Origin: Bugula neritina
Taxonomy: Eukaryota > Animalia > Bryozoa
NCBI GenBank assembly: GCA_964035545.1
Contig: OZ037772.1
Coordinates: forward strand, 5,522,233 to 5,586,232
Reading direction: 5' to 3'
DNA: 64,000 nt
The notes beneath the pieces were generated by a model. The model did not search any database, was not told the DNA's origin, and saw only the letters and a list, made by a program, of their open reading frames with translations. Every line of letters starts with the position of its first letter. Positions within the stretch are counted from its first letter, which is position 1. Of this stretch, positions 13,220-27,649 are shown piece by piece. Made by a program: the position numbers and the translations under genes.

Positions 13220-13523
13220 GCTCTCTCACTCCTCTCTCTGTCTCTTTCTCCCACACCTTCCACTTAATCTCTCTCTCTTTCTCCCCCTCTCTCCCACCCT
13301 CCCTCTCTCCCACCCTCCCTCTCTCCCACCCTCTGTCTCTCCCACCTTCTCTCTCTCCCACTCTCCGTCTCTCCCACCTTCTCTCTCTCCTAACCTTTCT
13401 CTCTTCCCTTTTCCACTATCTCTCTGACTCTCTCCCTTTCTCTCTTCTACCCCATCTCTCTTCCATCCTCTCTCCTAACCTTTCTCTCCCACCCCCCCCC
13501 TCTCTCACTCTCTTTCTCTCTCT
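13220..13523. repeat. CT-rich polypyrimidine low-complexity tract
   Basis: About 300 bp of CTCTCTCCCAC-like units; paralogous to 39058-39345. Confidence 0.9.
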
Positions 13524-16500
13524 AGTTTGCATGGCTTTACCCAATTTTGGTTTATTTTTTTATTTTGTTTCAGAGTATCCAAAAGGAAAGCTAAAATTTA
13601 TTTAATATATATTATACCAACTTGAGCTTTACATATAATATCAAATAAATGCTGTGTTTTGTTAAAACAATGTTTGCAACTTTGTAGTATATTCAAATTC
13701 ATAATTTATTTGTAGAGTCACACAACAAGACAGTACTCTGACACACTCACAAGTTGCCACTGATCCAGCAGTATAGATGATTGTTTTCTCCACTGGCTAT
13801 GCTGTCACGCTTTACTGTTGTGGTGTTTGAAACAAACCAATTGTTTGCCTACGCAGATTAGGGTGAGAAAAAAAGTGAGAAATGAAAGCTGTTTTTAATA
13901 CCAACTACACTTAGTTTTTATTGAATGAAAAACAAAGTGAAATCATTAGTTATCCGTTAAATGACTAAATCATTGTTTATAAAGATGAAACACAAATAAT
14001 CTTATAATATGCTAATGAAATTTGACTTTCAAATAGCTTTTTTCTGTATATTTGTTGAGGAAGTTTATCTTCAACAAAACTTCGTAGCTGTTGAATATGT
14101 GGAGAGTATTTTATATTGCATAAATTTATAGAGTAAAAGGTTCTCATCAAACTTTTACAACTTAGCTCATCTACGGTTTAAAAGTGTGAGTCGCCCTTCA
14201 CACTAGAGTTTTATAAAGTTTTAATGAATGTGCAGTATTTTATAAAATATTGTGTGTCTCGTAAATTTAGCTATTTCTACCTTTTCAGTGAGATTGGAGT
14301 GAACACACCTCAAAATTCACATCTGGTATCACATTGATTTATCGCAAGTCAAAGTACACCTACTAACTCTTCCTTCCTTAATACCTGCTTGCTTTTGCAC
14401 TTCTACTCATTTCATATGCCTAACATTTCTCTTGCAGATGAATTACATCTTTTAAGTTGTAAAAGCCTTAAATAGCATGAAATTAATGAGGTTTAAACCG
14501 TGGCCACACTAACTATTGATGCGTTTATTGATGGGTTAAATTACACGAAAATATTGTCTCTTTCTTTTTAGTTTCACCTAAAGTATTACATACTATTGAT
14601 GGAGGCTTTGCTGAAGTTTTTGGGTGATGATTTGTCAATAATTTTCCAGAGAAGATGATGCCACGGTGGCTGGCATCATTATGCAGTTTCCAAATTTCTT
14701 TCGGCTTTGCTCTAGTGAAAATGTTGGAAAACAATCAACAAAAAGGTTTGTACCATAAACGAAGTTATTGTGTGCGTGTTGTCAAAGCATAAAGTGTGCT
14801 GGAAATTTTTGGGTTTCTGTTGAGATGCGTTTTTGCTTTTCCTGCATGAAAAAAGTTCCAGTTTTAGTTAATATCACTAGCGGAGTGCCCACCTATATTT
14901 TAAATCATATTGATGCATAAGTTCTTTTTGTAATATTAAAAGTATAACTTGCTTAATTGCTATTCAATGCCCTTTGAAGTTTCCAACTGTAATTAATTAG
15001 TTGATTTGGCAGCATAGTATCGATGATTGATGAATGCAGCCGATATAATTATAAGCATAAATATCTATATCTACATGAAGATGTCATTCCCAATGATTGT
15101 TATTCTGAAATCAGCTGATTAAGTTATCACAAACTAAACATTTTGACCAGCGGCTTGCAATGCAACTCGATGAAATTTCAGACCTAGATAAATTGAATTT
15201 CTTACTGAAAATCGTGAAGGTATTAAAGTTTAAAGTGAAAGTTTAAAGGGTCATCTCTCTGCGAATTCTAATAGCATGGTGCCAATTAGACTTGAAAAAA
15301 TTTCAAGGCACTACAAAGCACTAAGCCCATTCTTACAAGTAGTTTCAAAGTGCACTGGAATTTCAGTTTACTTGTCATTGTATAGAATCCTGATCTACAC
15401 TATATAGCATTCACTATTGCCTGCTTCTTCTAAGCATCTATAATGTATTAACTACAGTTTGCTTTGAGAAGTGAATTTCTACTTGGTATTTTTTCCTTAT
15501 CGTTCTGTTGTTTGCCAGTAGTCTTAATTTAATGGATTTTCCCTTTTCAAAAGTGGTTGTGACAATCAAAACACATCATGCAGCCTGCAACTACACAATC
15601 AGTCAGTAATTTCTTCCATTAAAGTAGCTCTTCTGGTTACTCTTGCTCACCTAAAAGCCTGAGCCTCATTCAAATTGCAATTTTTTAGAGTTGTTAGTTT
15701 TTCATGCAGTCTTTCATTTTTTTTTTGTTAGGCACAAAATTAGTATTCACTAGACCTAATCTTTCATCTGCATGTATGCCTATTGTTTGTTCATTAAAGA
15801 AAAACCTCTGCTGAATATTGAACTAATAATGAAAATAAATTCCCTAAACTAAAAGTAGCAGTGTGATTTTGGTATTACAATTAGTTGTTAGCATAGAGTC
15901 AAGTTATTGACAGGAATTTTCAAATTGAAATGAATGAATTTCATTGTAAGTCAGCAAGATTTAGTCTAAGTAAACATAGCATTACATCGTGTTTTATTTA
16001 GCATTTGCAGAAGGCAACATATATTTTGGGGATTATTGTAAACTTAAATGTAATTTTAAGTACTTTCCATGTTTGTTATTGTAGATGGTCTTGTTCTTTA
16101 GGATGGATGTGACAACTCCTTGTGTCAAGCTTAACTGATTGACTACTGAATCCCAATCATATGTTTTGCCAAAAAATGTGAAAATGGAGTGCATGTCTAC
16201 TTTATTTGAGAAAATATTAAAAATACTTTTGAAACTTCATCTAGCCAAACAATACAACAGTTTCATTTCATTAAAAAATATCATTTGCACAAAAATGTAT
16301 TATGTAATCGAACAATTTCTAGAAAAAAAGTGCTTTCCTCCAGTTTTGCTAATGAACTACATTTTTCATTATATGCTTGTCTTTATAATTTTATTAATTG
16401 TTTTTTCTGGTGAGTCAATTAAAGTCAATTCAACCTAGAAAAGTCTGAATTTCAGACTTAATTTCAAGCTAGAATATTCACATTTTTAGGTCTGCGTTTG

Positions 16501-17968
16501 CAAACATTGTTGTGTTACTTTACCTTTTATATTTTTTGAAATAAATATCTTTTTAGCTTGTGCCTATTCATGATTAGAATAGTATAATAATATTTAACTT
16601 TTCTTCAATTTCAATAGATGAAAATGTTGATCAGTTGGAGTATTCAGTTTAGCTGAATTTTACTTGCTTCTGCGAAAACAATCTTTTGGAGTTGTCTGCC
16701 CTCTCTTTAGGTGATTTTTTGACCTATGGTCAACGTAATAATTATAACTTTTTAAAGATGCTTGTGAACCTAACAATATAGCATAACTATCAAACCACAT
16801 TATTCAATATCTGCATAAAATTTAGCCGATAAGCTGCCACCCAATGAGCTTGAAAAGATATTAGAATTCTAGCTCAGTGCTGCCATCAATGTAGATATTT
16901 ATAATGATATAAAGCCAAAACTCATTATTTATAATGATATAAAGCCAAAACTCATTTTTGCATGAAATTATCTAACCATTTCTGACAAAGAATCGAGATA
17001 ATAAGTCCAAAGTTGGTCAGTTGAAACCACAGCAATAATACTTTAATCGTTATAATTGTCAGGTTTAATTTTATACCAAGCCCCAATAAGTACATATAAC
17101 TATGACAACACAGCCTAAGCACCTCCAATGCAAGAAATTTAGTATTGTGGTGCTGCAAATCCTCCAGTTACAAATGAGTAGAGCTTTCATGATTATTGGT
17201 CTACCATAATGTTTATTTAGTTTTAAGGACTAGCATAAATGCTATTATATGCGGGAGGTATTTGAAAAGCTTCCAACTCCATCTTCAACTACGGGCTATT
17301 ATAATTATGCCGATAAACGAGATACTACACTCAGACTGCCCTGTTATAGTACTATGATTGGCTACTGCAAAATTTTTGCCGATAGACAACATTTAATTAT
17401 GATGTAATGTATCTCGTATTGGTACATAAGTGTTATGTCTGAGGACGAGATACTGTGAAATTATGCCCTGGAATCTTTGGTGTCTAATTTACACTGAGAA
17501 GGGGAGTGGCCTACATCTCCCCAATCTGCACGTATACTTCTTTCAACTATATTATAAATTTACGCACTTTTCCAATAGCTGTGCTTACTCTTGGATAATA
17601 CAAGTTAATTGGTGAACATAACCTAATTTAATAATATAGTAGTATAATATCACTAAATAGAATATCATTAGAATTGATTTTATTAATTTGTTGACATGAA
17701 TGCAGCTGCTGATTTTTTCTGCAGTACATGACCTTTTTCATTATAGTTGATTCTCAATAACAATGATCTGGTCTAAAAATTCAAAATCATGATATTTTTC
17801 TCAAATGGAAAGTTTATAATCACTGCAGTGTTGCTGTAGCACTGCTGTTTGTGTAGTGATGCACAAAGATATGCGTGTATATGTTTACATATCTGCTAGT
17901 TTTTCTGATGTATCAGCTGTTTTTGTATCATATTAGGGTTTTTAGACATGTCAAATTTTTTCCGACAG

Positions 17969-18975
17969 ACCAGAAAAGAGATACAGAATTTGAAATTATC
18001 AATAAAAAAACTGCAAGTATAACTCCTGAACGAGGACTGGTTGTCTCATTTCTACCACCTGAGTCTATAGAACTGATAAACACTGTTGAAGTTTCTCCAT
18101 GCTGCAGGTCTGTTCACACCTATAGAGGTATCACATATGTTGGGTGTGATGAAGGTGTAGACAGGATAGATGAGAAAAACAAAGTAACTAAATTGTTCAT
18201 CTCTATTAAGGAAGAAGGTGTAATGAGTATATCAGTACATAATGATAGGATATATACTCTGTCTTCTGATTCAACTGTAAGAGTTCATGACCTTGAAGGG
18301 AGGTCTATCACCAGCTGGACTCATACTGATATATCCTATTGGATGTTTCAGTTGATGAATCAGTTCACTATTATAGGCAATCGCATAGCTATTCCTAACA
18401 GGGTGAATGAAACTTTAGTGGTCTACTCTCTGAATGGGAAGGTAGTAAACACTTTACCCTGTCCTTTGCTCACTGATACTCCTGTACATCTGTCTGCTGC
18501 AGATAACAACTCAGTTATTATATCTCAGTACAACTCATCTCTAGTATCTAAAGTAGACACCTTATCAGGTGACATCTGGCAGTGTGAGGATGTGGCTAAA
18601 CCTTGTGGGGTGACCTGCTATAGAGATGAGTTTGTACTTGTGGCTGATGATACTAAACCTACCACACTCTGTGTACTATCATTACATACAGGTTTGTTAC
18701 TGTGGACAATACACATAATTGATGTACGTATGCATTGTAATTTGATGAAATGAGTTCATACATATTTTTTGCTACAAATAAACTGCACTATCTTTATATT
18801 ATCTTTGATTCTTAAAAAAGGACACTGGTTTTTTTTCTTCAAAGGCAAGTTACTAACCAAGATATCTACTGAAAACCGTGACACATTTGATCTCCACATC
18901 ACTGGCTCTACTCTAGTAGTTCCAGTAAGCTCTTCTAATGGACAAGTTGAGTTCTATCAGCTCAAGTGGAAGTGA
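17969..18975 (+). CDS. Orphan 3' exons (beta-propeller, NHL/YVTN-like) of a TRIM paralog; no 5' exons in window
   Basis: Exons 17969-18691 and 18845-18975 have intact AG/GT sites, the same phases as TRIM exons 7-8 (54881-55594, 55769-55893) and an open frame to TGA. Upstream 17471-17968 matches TRIM intron 6, and downstream sequence to ~20240 matches its 3' flank. Confidence 0.8.
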
Positions 18976-21499
18976 ACTAATCGACTGGGATACTCCAATA
19001 AGGGTCAGTAAATGTTGTGAGAGGTACTGAGTGCATTTCTAGTTCATGTTTTTAATGCTGCTTTGTCTTTAATAGTTTTACATTGCGTCTTGTTGTATAA
19101 TATTGTGGGTTGCATTGCATTTTATTGCATAGAAATATAACATTATTACCAGTTATCTCCCCTGATTAGTTATCAATCAATAGTTAAATTATAAAGCAAA
19201 TGTTTACAATACAGTGTGTATACTAATGTCTCATAGTATTATATTATTAAAACATGTCAGATATTGTATATACTAAACAGCTCTGCTATGTTTTGCAGAA
19301 AGCATCATGTTGAGTCATACATATGGAATTACCTTACCGGTACATTTCTGCTTTAATGAGTCAACTAAGTCAATTCATTTCACTATAGACGTCTGCATGT
19401 TTATTAACTTCCCACTTTACAGTGGAATACTAGACAGGCTATAACCACGTGACCTGCGAAAGTTTTACAAGCATTGAACTTTGAAGCGTTTCAGTTCAGT
19501 GTTTACAAGCACTACTTTTGGTTCATTATTATCAGACAATTTCTTGTACTGGTGCATTATATACCAGAAAATGCAGTCTATTGTACTTTATATCAGTTAT
19601 ACACAATCTATTTCTACAAATCTGCAAATTTTATATGAAACATTTTATTGGTGGTTGCAACATATATTTTATGGACTTTAAATTTACAAAATCTATATTC
19701 AGTTTTTCATTATTTTTTTCTCAACTAAGCTTTTGTTATTTGCTATCATGCCAAATTATTTATTAAAAAAAATTATATTATGTACTTTAAATTTGCAACA
19801 TTTGCTCTCAATTTCTTATTATTTTTTATCTTGACTAAACTTTTGTTTTTTGCAATTATATCAAGCCAAATTAATTGTGTCTATGTTTGCCGTCTTAGAA
19901 ATTACTAATAATGCATCAGATTGTGTTATTAATATGGACAGATTGCTTTGTTAGATTGAGATGTGACATGATGTGAAGCTGTTTTGATATGGAATTATTA
20001 TCAGTAACAAGAAATAGCACATTATTCGCTTACAATATGCAGCTCCTTTTATAAAACTAAGATTGCCTTTTATTTAGCAATTGATTCTTCAGCTAATAAA
20101 GAGAAATCCAAAATTTTATCCAGTTTTACTTTGAATACTCTGTAATTTTTCTGTTATCACCTTCTAGAAAATATCACACATCATGTTACGAATAGGAATT
20201 GGTCAGTAGTTCATAAAAAATCAATTTTCATTTAGTATAAACTGTTTTTAGTACTCTGCAAAAATTCCACTTTATAAAACGAAGTTGAAACTATCTTAAT
20301 GCAAGAGAATAATTTTTTCCTAGAGAATAAAGCCACTAATAATTTGAGTGCAGCTAAACTCGCTTTCTCGTCTCAAGCTTAATATACAGTGTACTATTAA
20401 GTGATATTATAAGCTGGAATTATAGCTTTAAACAATTAAAAGCTTGTTCTATAAAAGATATGGCAGCTGATATTTTTACAAACTTAAACTACCCTTCATT
20501 TGATGAAAAATCAAAACAATTTCTATCTACAAAGTATTGGCATACAATGATATTCTTTTTCAGTAAGTTATCCGTATTTATAATTCAAATGTTTTATAAT
20601 AAAACCAGAGATTAAGCCAAAACAGTGTCTGCTTTGCAAAAGAAACAAGTTTCAGGTAAAGTTTTGTCAACCATCACATTCCGTTCACCCGAACTCTTTA
20701 AACATTTCTATAAAATCAAACTGATTTCTATGCAGCCACAACAATCAAACTGACATGTTATTTTATATATCAGACCATATTATATGAAATTTAATGCTTT
20801 AGTATAACCTTTTGTGTGCCTCTTGTAACATTCCATCTCTACTGTGTAGTAAACATTGTACAAAGCATGTTATAGTTACTAGTAATTAGATAATTGTATA
20901 CTGTGATGTTTTATCTCATTATATTATACAAGACAGCTGTTTAAGCAGTGAGAAGGAAATATCATTAGTCTGAGTAGTTATAGAAATTTATTAGGAGACA
21001 TGTTCCATCTTTGATAGTCAGCACTGCATGTTACATCTACTACAATATTTATGTACTTATACTCAACATATACAAGCAACACTTTATGGAGCTGCATGGT
21101 CACTTGTTAGTAATACTAAACCAAAGTATAGAAATAATAAAGATATTTGGGGGAGCTTTACTAGTAAATAAGTCATATTATCTTGTATTGATGGAAAAAA
21201 ATCAACATCATGCAATAGTTGGCAAATAATTGGGTTCTATGTACAATAAGATCTATGAATGCTAATAATTAACCTATAAAAGAGATCTACTATTCTGATT
21301 GGACACACAAAAAGTGAGTTAATTAATAACTCTGCCTTAATTGGATATTCCAGTTTCCTGCAATTAGGTATGGGCTGCTTATAAAAGTTCAATTCTTAAG
21401 ACTTGGCTTTGTAGCTTACAGCTGTCGATTTAGGGTATAGGCACACTTACACTATTTTTTTCCTTTATTTCTATACAATTATTGTGCTCATATGGGGAT

Positions 21500-21960
21500 T
21501 AAGTTTCTAACTAAGACATCTACTGCATGACAAAGACAACATACCTCATCTAAATTGGCTCTACCCTAGTAGTTCCAGTAAGCTCTTGTATATAATGGGC
21601 AAGTTAAATTCTATTAGCTGAAGTGAAAGTGAACTAATAGACTGGATACTTTAAAAAGGGTGAGTAATTTTTGTTGCAATATTTCCTCTTTTATGTATTT
21701 GTAGTATCACTTTGCATATTGTATTTTATTGTACTGTGTTATATTTGTGATCTATAGCCTATTGTATTATTGTCTTACATTCTAAACTGTATTCTATTTT
21801 ACTGATTTTGTATGTAATCAATGATAGTAAACCAGGAGTGTATATATTACCAGTTATCTCCACTTGTTTATATATCAACTGATAGTCAAATTATAAAGCA
21901 GCTGTTGACATTATACATAATATGGTATACTAATGTGTCATACTCTTATACTAAATAATA
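21500..21960 (+). pseudogene. Third, decayed relic of the TRIM last exon plus 3' UTR
   Basis: GGCTCTACCCTAGTAGTTCCAGTAAGCTCT..GTGAACTAATAGACTGGATACT matches 18904-18995, and TTACCAGTTATCTCC..AAATTATAAAGCA matches ~19146-19198. Contains stops and frameshifts. Confidence 0.75.
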
Positions 21961-22427
21961 TACAATGTTATACTACATGTAGGACATTCCATATCTTGAA
22001 CATACTAAAGGAGTTGCCTTCTTTCTATAAAATATGGTTATATCATAAGTAGACTTAGGACAGTCTAGTTTACACAATCTCATCATAGTACAAAGGCTAT
22101 TGCCTTTCAGCCCTTCACTGTTTTGATGAGAACACAAACTTTCAACTTTTTGCATATAGTTTTGTAACTTCAGGATGAAAGACTTCAGGACACTGACTTC
22201 TTTGGAGTGAAAGACTTGAATTATCACCTATTTTTCAATTTATTGATGGTTCTATGTTTTATATTTTATTGCAAAATTGTTTTATGTTTACAAGTGTATG
22301 AGTATTTGAGCTAATGTTGATGAGTTGTTTTTGGAAATATATATTACTCATTCACGAGGAAGCTGGGCTCACAATTGTTACCTTAGATTACGTCATATAT
22401 GTTGATGCTGGTTAACTGTAGTCCAAT

Positions 22428-22498
22428 GGTCCCTGTGGCGTAATGGTTAGCACACTTACTTGCAAGCAGAAGGTCTCAGATTCGAATCCCAGTGGTGG
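22428..22498 (+). mobile_element. tRNA-derived SINE head or tRNA-Ala(TGC)-like pseudogene
   Basis: Pol III A box TGGCGTAATGG, B box GATTCGAATCC and loop CTTGCAA. The acceptor stem does not pair. Confidence 0.6.
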
Positions 22499-25400
22499 AA
22501 AATTGTAATCAGACTAACTTCATTTTACAAAAATTAATTTTTTATGTCAAGTTAACTCAGGTTCCCTGAGCCCTATATTCAATCACATACTTAGCAGTAG
22601 TTATTTCAGTATATATTTTCCTAGAATGTTGTTTAGAGGCATAAAAAAACTGCCTATGCACAACATACTTTGCATCTGTTTAGTATCTCGTAATTAGACA
22701 TAAAAAAGTCAAAGCCAATTATAAGGCAAAAGACCATAATACTGTACTATCATTGGATAGTTCTTCATCAATAAACAGGTAGTCGCCAGTGGTGGATATG
22801 AACCCCTCCTAGATGTTTCTCGTACTTCTTCCTCAAAAAACATTTTCATTAAGCCAAAAAGAAATAATAATACGCTTTTTTAGTTGACACTTTTTAATTT
22901 CTGACTGATATTTCACCTTATTTCCAATTATAATTAACTTTTAACCGGCACTTTTCTTTGTAGTAATTCCCACCCTTTAGACTGTGTACTTTGAAATGAG
23001 TCTGTTTTACTCGTTACATAAAGTATAGTTGCACTGGCTACAGGTTGACACAAAAGCAAGCCTATCTTGATAAAATCATGCGCAAATGTAGAAACTACCG
23101 GGGAGTTTGTTCCTCATAATTAGAAATTGACAAATTATTTTTAATCCGTTTAAAAGCATCTGGTTATGGAAGCATATGCCGTGTTCAATTTGTTATTCTA
23201 GCATTAACAATAACAGAATGCAATAATTATAAGTTTATGAAAGTAATTTGTTTTCTTTCTAATTACAAATATAATATTTTAGTATAATATATTGTAAATT
23301 TATAAGGCTTGCATTAGGAATAACGCAGCTAAAACATCATTTTCCTTAAAGTCTTAAAAATATATAAGTATAACATAATACACTATGCCAATAAACTTAT
23401 TAAAGTACCAAGCAAGCTTAGCTAGTTTAAGAAAAATTACACTAGGTAAATTACCATTATTTATAGAATGCTTGCTGATATTAGCTTTTGATGTAATTAA
23501 AGTAAATTATTATTTATCTTTCTAGCCAAGGATTTTTTGCCGTAAGTTTTGCTTTTATGCATAGAGAAATGTCGTAACAAACGAGTTAAATTTTTATAGC
23601 ACATAAAAATGTAATCTATAAGTCGAAGATATTTAAACTTAGCCATTAACTCATTTTAATTAGCAATGTAGCCTAAATCTAATACAATACAAAATATATA
23701 CCAGTATATATAATATATTTTTACCATGCTGTTAATTACAGTATTTGTAAAACAAATTTTATGCTCATTAATTAAATGCAACAAATATTTATAAAATACT
23801 AATAATGTTGAATAAATAAATTCAATAATTCCTTTTCTATTTAAATGGCTGCATAATTTTTTGCAAGGTTGTATAAAGGAGTTGTGGCCCACAACTTATT
23901 ATGTGTTCAATTGCCACATATGTCTTAGGAAGAAGAAAACTCCCCAAAAATTCTTAGTTTGAAAATTCTAGTATAACTAAAATCACTTAATATATTATGT
24001 CTTTGAAATGCATTTTGCCACTCTGAAAAATTGCAGGAACAAATATTGCATGAAGTAATAAATGATTTATGAAGTAATTAACAAACCAATGTAAAAACTG
24101 TTGTTGTATATAGAACACAACATATTGATTTTCTTCAATTTCCACATCAAATCTATATATTCAATTATATCTAACCAATGCTAATAAACTAAACATGCAT
24201 GCATGCATACAAATATTTGCATCATATGCAAGTAATATTAGCTAATTAGCAACTATAGCATTTTTTTCATTATCTTTATTGCTTGCATATGTTTTTATTT
24301 GCAACTTTGCACCACAAATTACATAAAATCTAAAAACTTGAGTTGTGACATAGGGCTACCTATACACAAATAGACCTTCATAAAACTCTCAATGATTTTA
24401 TTCAACTCATGTATGCAAAAGCTTGCTTTAAAACAATTCTTCTAAATCACCCTAGAGCAGGAAATTATTACAAAAACAGCTTCTCATATATAATTTTTCC
24501 CCAGATTAATTTTTTTTTCCTGTATTTAAACTAACTTAGCAAGTGAAGATTGTGATATCACTCAGGTAATCACATATATATTATTCATAGCTGTAATACT
24601 TTAGCAATGAATAGATCATGTTTAATTTCCACTCTACCTAGCAGTTTTTCAGAATTATAGAGCTATGTATATCGTGAAATTGGAATAGCCTAATAGTTTT
24701 ACATGTGTTTATAGCTAGACAAATTAACTTAAAAAGCTTACAATAATTAGATGATATTTGCATTCTTTTGAAGGTTTTGGTGAAGCTACTGCAAAACTGG
24801 CCATTAGTTTAGCATAATATGCAATGCCACGCAAAAGCATGCCAAACAAGCAATGTTTATTTACCTTACCAGTGCAATTTTATCACCTTAAACACAAAAG
24901 CAAGTATAAAATACACATCCATATTAGATTAACTGTCAAGTTAAAAAAGACAACATATATTCATGAGCTGGTTCTGTTTGCACAAGTACAATTTAGACCA
25001 GCTTATTATTTAGATTGCCACAAAAATATGACATAAAATATGTCTTTAATCATTATTTTGATATTCACTGGTTGAAGATATTTTTTATATCCTAATATGT
25101 AAATATTGTACATAAATCTTAAAAATTAACTAGGTGAATAAGAAAAACTGCTAATTTTATGAAACTGTTATGTTAATAAAGACAATGGCTATCAACAAAT
25201 CCCACCAGACCACAAACTAATTGTAAATACTAAAGCAATTATATAGTGCTATGTGTTGATCTAGCCTAGTCAATACACCACAAATATGTATTATGACATA
25301 CCACATTTTAAGTACTGGGTTACCATTTATTCTAATGGGTATTTGTTTAAACTGTTATATACAGCTTTTTGCACTACCAATATACAAGCCAGTTGTTATT

Positions 25401-27649
25401 CTGTCACTTTTATCTACATCTCTTTTTAATGCCAGTTACTTGTTAGCTTCAGTACAAACAGCTAAACATTCTACTCTACAGCCAATCTTACTGTTAACTC
25501 TTGTTTAACAATATTACAAGAATCTAAAAATTTGAGTGTGTTTTAAGTATAATATTCTATCATTATAACTTTTAAATGAAACAATAATATGATAAATGCA
25601 TTATAAGTTTCTGAAAAGTTTGTTTGCAAAGTATATGTTTTTAGTAAAAATAGTTTTACAACATTTGCTAGGAGCATTATATTTATTCCTATCTAAAATA
25701 ATTTTGTTTGAACTGCTATGTTTGTAATCATGTAATCAGAAGTAAAGCATCAGTAAAATGAGTATAAGTAGAAGCTTGACAGCTACATTAGGCATTGCTA
25801 CATAGTACATAAATATATGGCCGTATTAAATACTTAGCTGCATTCACAGATAAATGCATGGCTTGGAATTACAATACCATGAATACATTATTTATTTAGC
25901 TGGGTAACTATACAATTATGCCAAAGTGAAAAGCCTTTGGTTATTAATGCCTGAAATGTCTAACAATCTACTTGGGAGACCACCTTGTTGTTACGGAGTG
26001 AATGAGTTATTTGTTTGGCATTTGGATGATGTCACAAAGAAAGGCTATTTGGTTTGTTACTTGAGACTAGTAGCAAACTGCTACAGTCATAGCATCTTAG
26101 AAGATTTTGCATCACTTGCTAGAATTGTACATTATTTTAATGTAGCTATTGAAATTAATATCTCACTGAAAACACAGTATTGCAAAATCTTAAGCTGTAC
26201 ATAATTATATTATGCATCAAAAAGTACTTCTGCTATTGGACTATCCCAGGTTTATTTTAAACTAGCACTGCCAAAGTGCCTTGACTCTATTACAGTGTTT
26301 ACTAGCTAATTTTGTTCTTCTCAATAGTGAAATAGATCTATTGCAAGAAATTAATGACTAGATATAACAATAATGATTTTTAGGCAAGACTTTCGCATCT
26401 ATATTGCTCATCTGCTAGCTTGAAATACCCCTCTCCTTGGACTAATCTCAGGCTTTTCATTGTTGTTTAAACAGTTTTTAAACTCCTATTTCAATAAATC
26501 ATTACCAACACTGCCTGCATGTATTAATATTCATTAGTGCCATCAATGCACTGTGGAGACAGCACCTGATGTTCTGTATATTACATTATAGTACAGAGAT
26601 ACTAAATCCAAAACATCTAAAATAATTGATGCTTCTACCAGATTTTTAGCACACCTATAATATGTATTCCTGTAGTAGATATTAATAAGCTGTTTTAACT
26701 GATAGTTTTTATGCCATTATAATAGTTTGATACTATAACTACAACTTAAAACTCTTTAACCAGCACATTGGTTAGTAATATTGCTTCTTGATATTTAATT
26801 GCTGGTTCACAAACTATCAATAATAGGGATGCATATCAAAACTTGACTGCATTCATAATATGATTTTAATGCTAGGTAATGACTAAGCATGTCTGGCTGA
26901 TATGAGGTGACTATTTTGTACACTGTTTAACAACATCAGCTTTTTGGGTTCATTTAAAGCATCTGCAAATCTGTATTATACATAATTACTGTTAGGGCCA
27001 ATTAATTAAATTGTTAACCCTGAAATGCTTTTTACACTGTAATACCAAGTAGTAAAAGACATGTATATATATATAAACTGATTGTAATTTATACATAACA
27101 TTGTACATTTAAAAAAAATCACAAAATACATAATTTATTAGCTAAATTTCAAGGCGTTTTGTAGGTAGTGGGTTAATGTCAATAAAGCAGAATCCGGGAA
27201 GTTGAGTAGCTTTATTCAAGAGGAAGGCTCTCCAACAGTTCTACCAAAGCCTAAATAACATGTATAAAATAAAGGTTATATGCACAATTTTTTTTCCAAA
27301 ACAGCCTGCAACTGTTTTGCTATTGCATATGCCCTATGCCATTCATCAAGTGGAACAATTTTAACCAGGATATCTAGAAAAGTTGACACAAGGGCTTTAT
27401 AAACTATGTAACAGTAAAACTGTGAGTAGAAATTAATTGACACTAATGAATAATGCTTTAGGTGCTGGCAACAACCATAAAAGAAAAGTTATATAACAAA
27501 CAAATAGAAAAAGCACTAAACAAATCAACAGCATTATATACAATTGGGGCACATACATGAAAACAGCAGCTAGTGTCATTTTCTTAAGACAGCACTATTT
27601 TAGGTGTAAATTTAAGAAGTATTAGAAAATGCAGAAATTTACTGCAATT

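Larger units (their letters stand above)
1..17470. repeat. Segmental duplication, copy 1 (paralogous to 30439-43269)
   Basis: Colinear near-identity. Position 1 aligns to 30439 (5 substitutions seen in the first 420 bp). Identity ends at ...TTATGCCCTG (17470 vs 43269). Confidence 0.97.

Noticed and set aside
12999-13427. 142-aa ORF (and 138-aa paralog at 38836)
   Set aside because: Non-ATG start, second half is CT low-complexity sequence, no domain.
17250-17275. Mariner-like TIR (CGGGAGGTATTTGAAAAGCTTCC) near the duplication breakpoint
   Set aside because: No matching opposite TIR found in either copy.
22428-22498. Functional tRNA-Ala gene
   Set aside because: Acceptor and anticodon stems pair poorly; treated as a SINE head or pseudogene.
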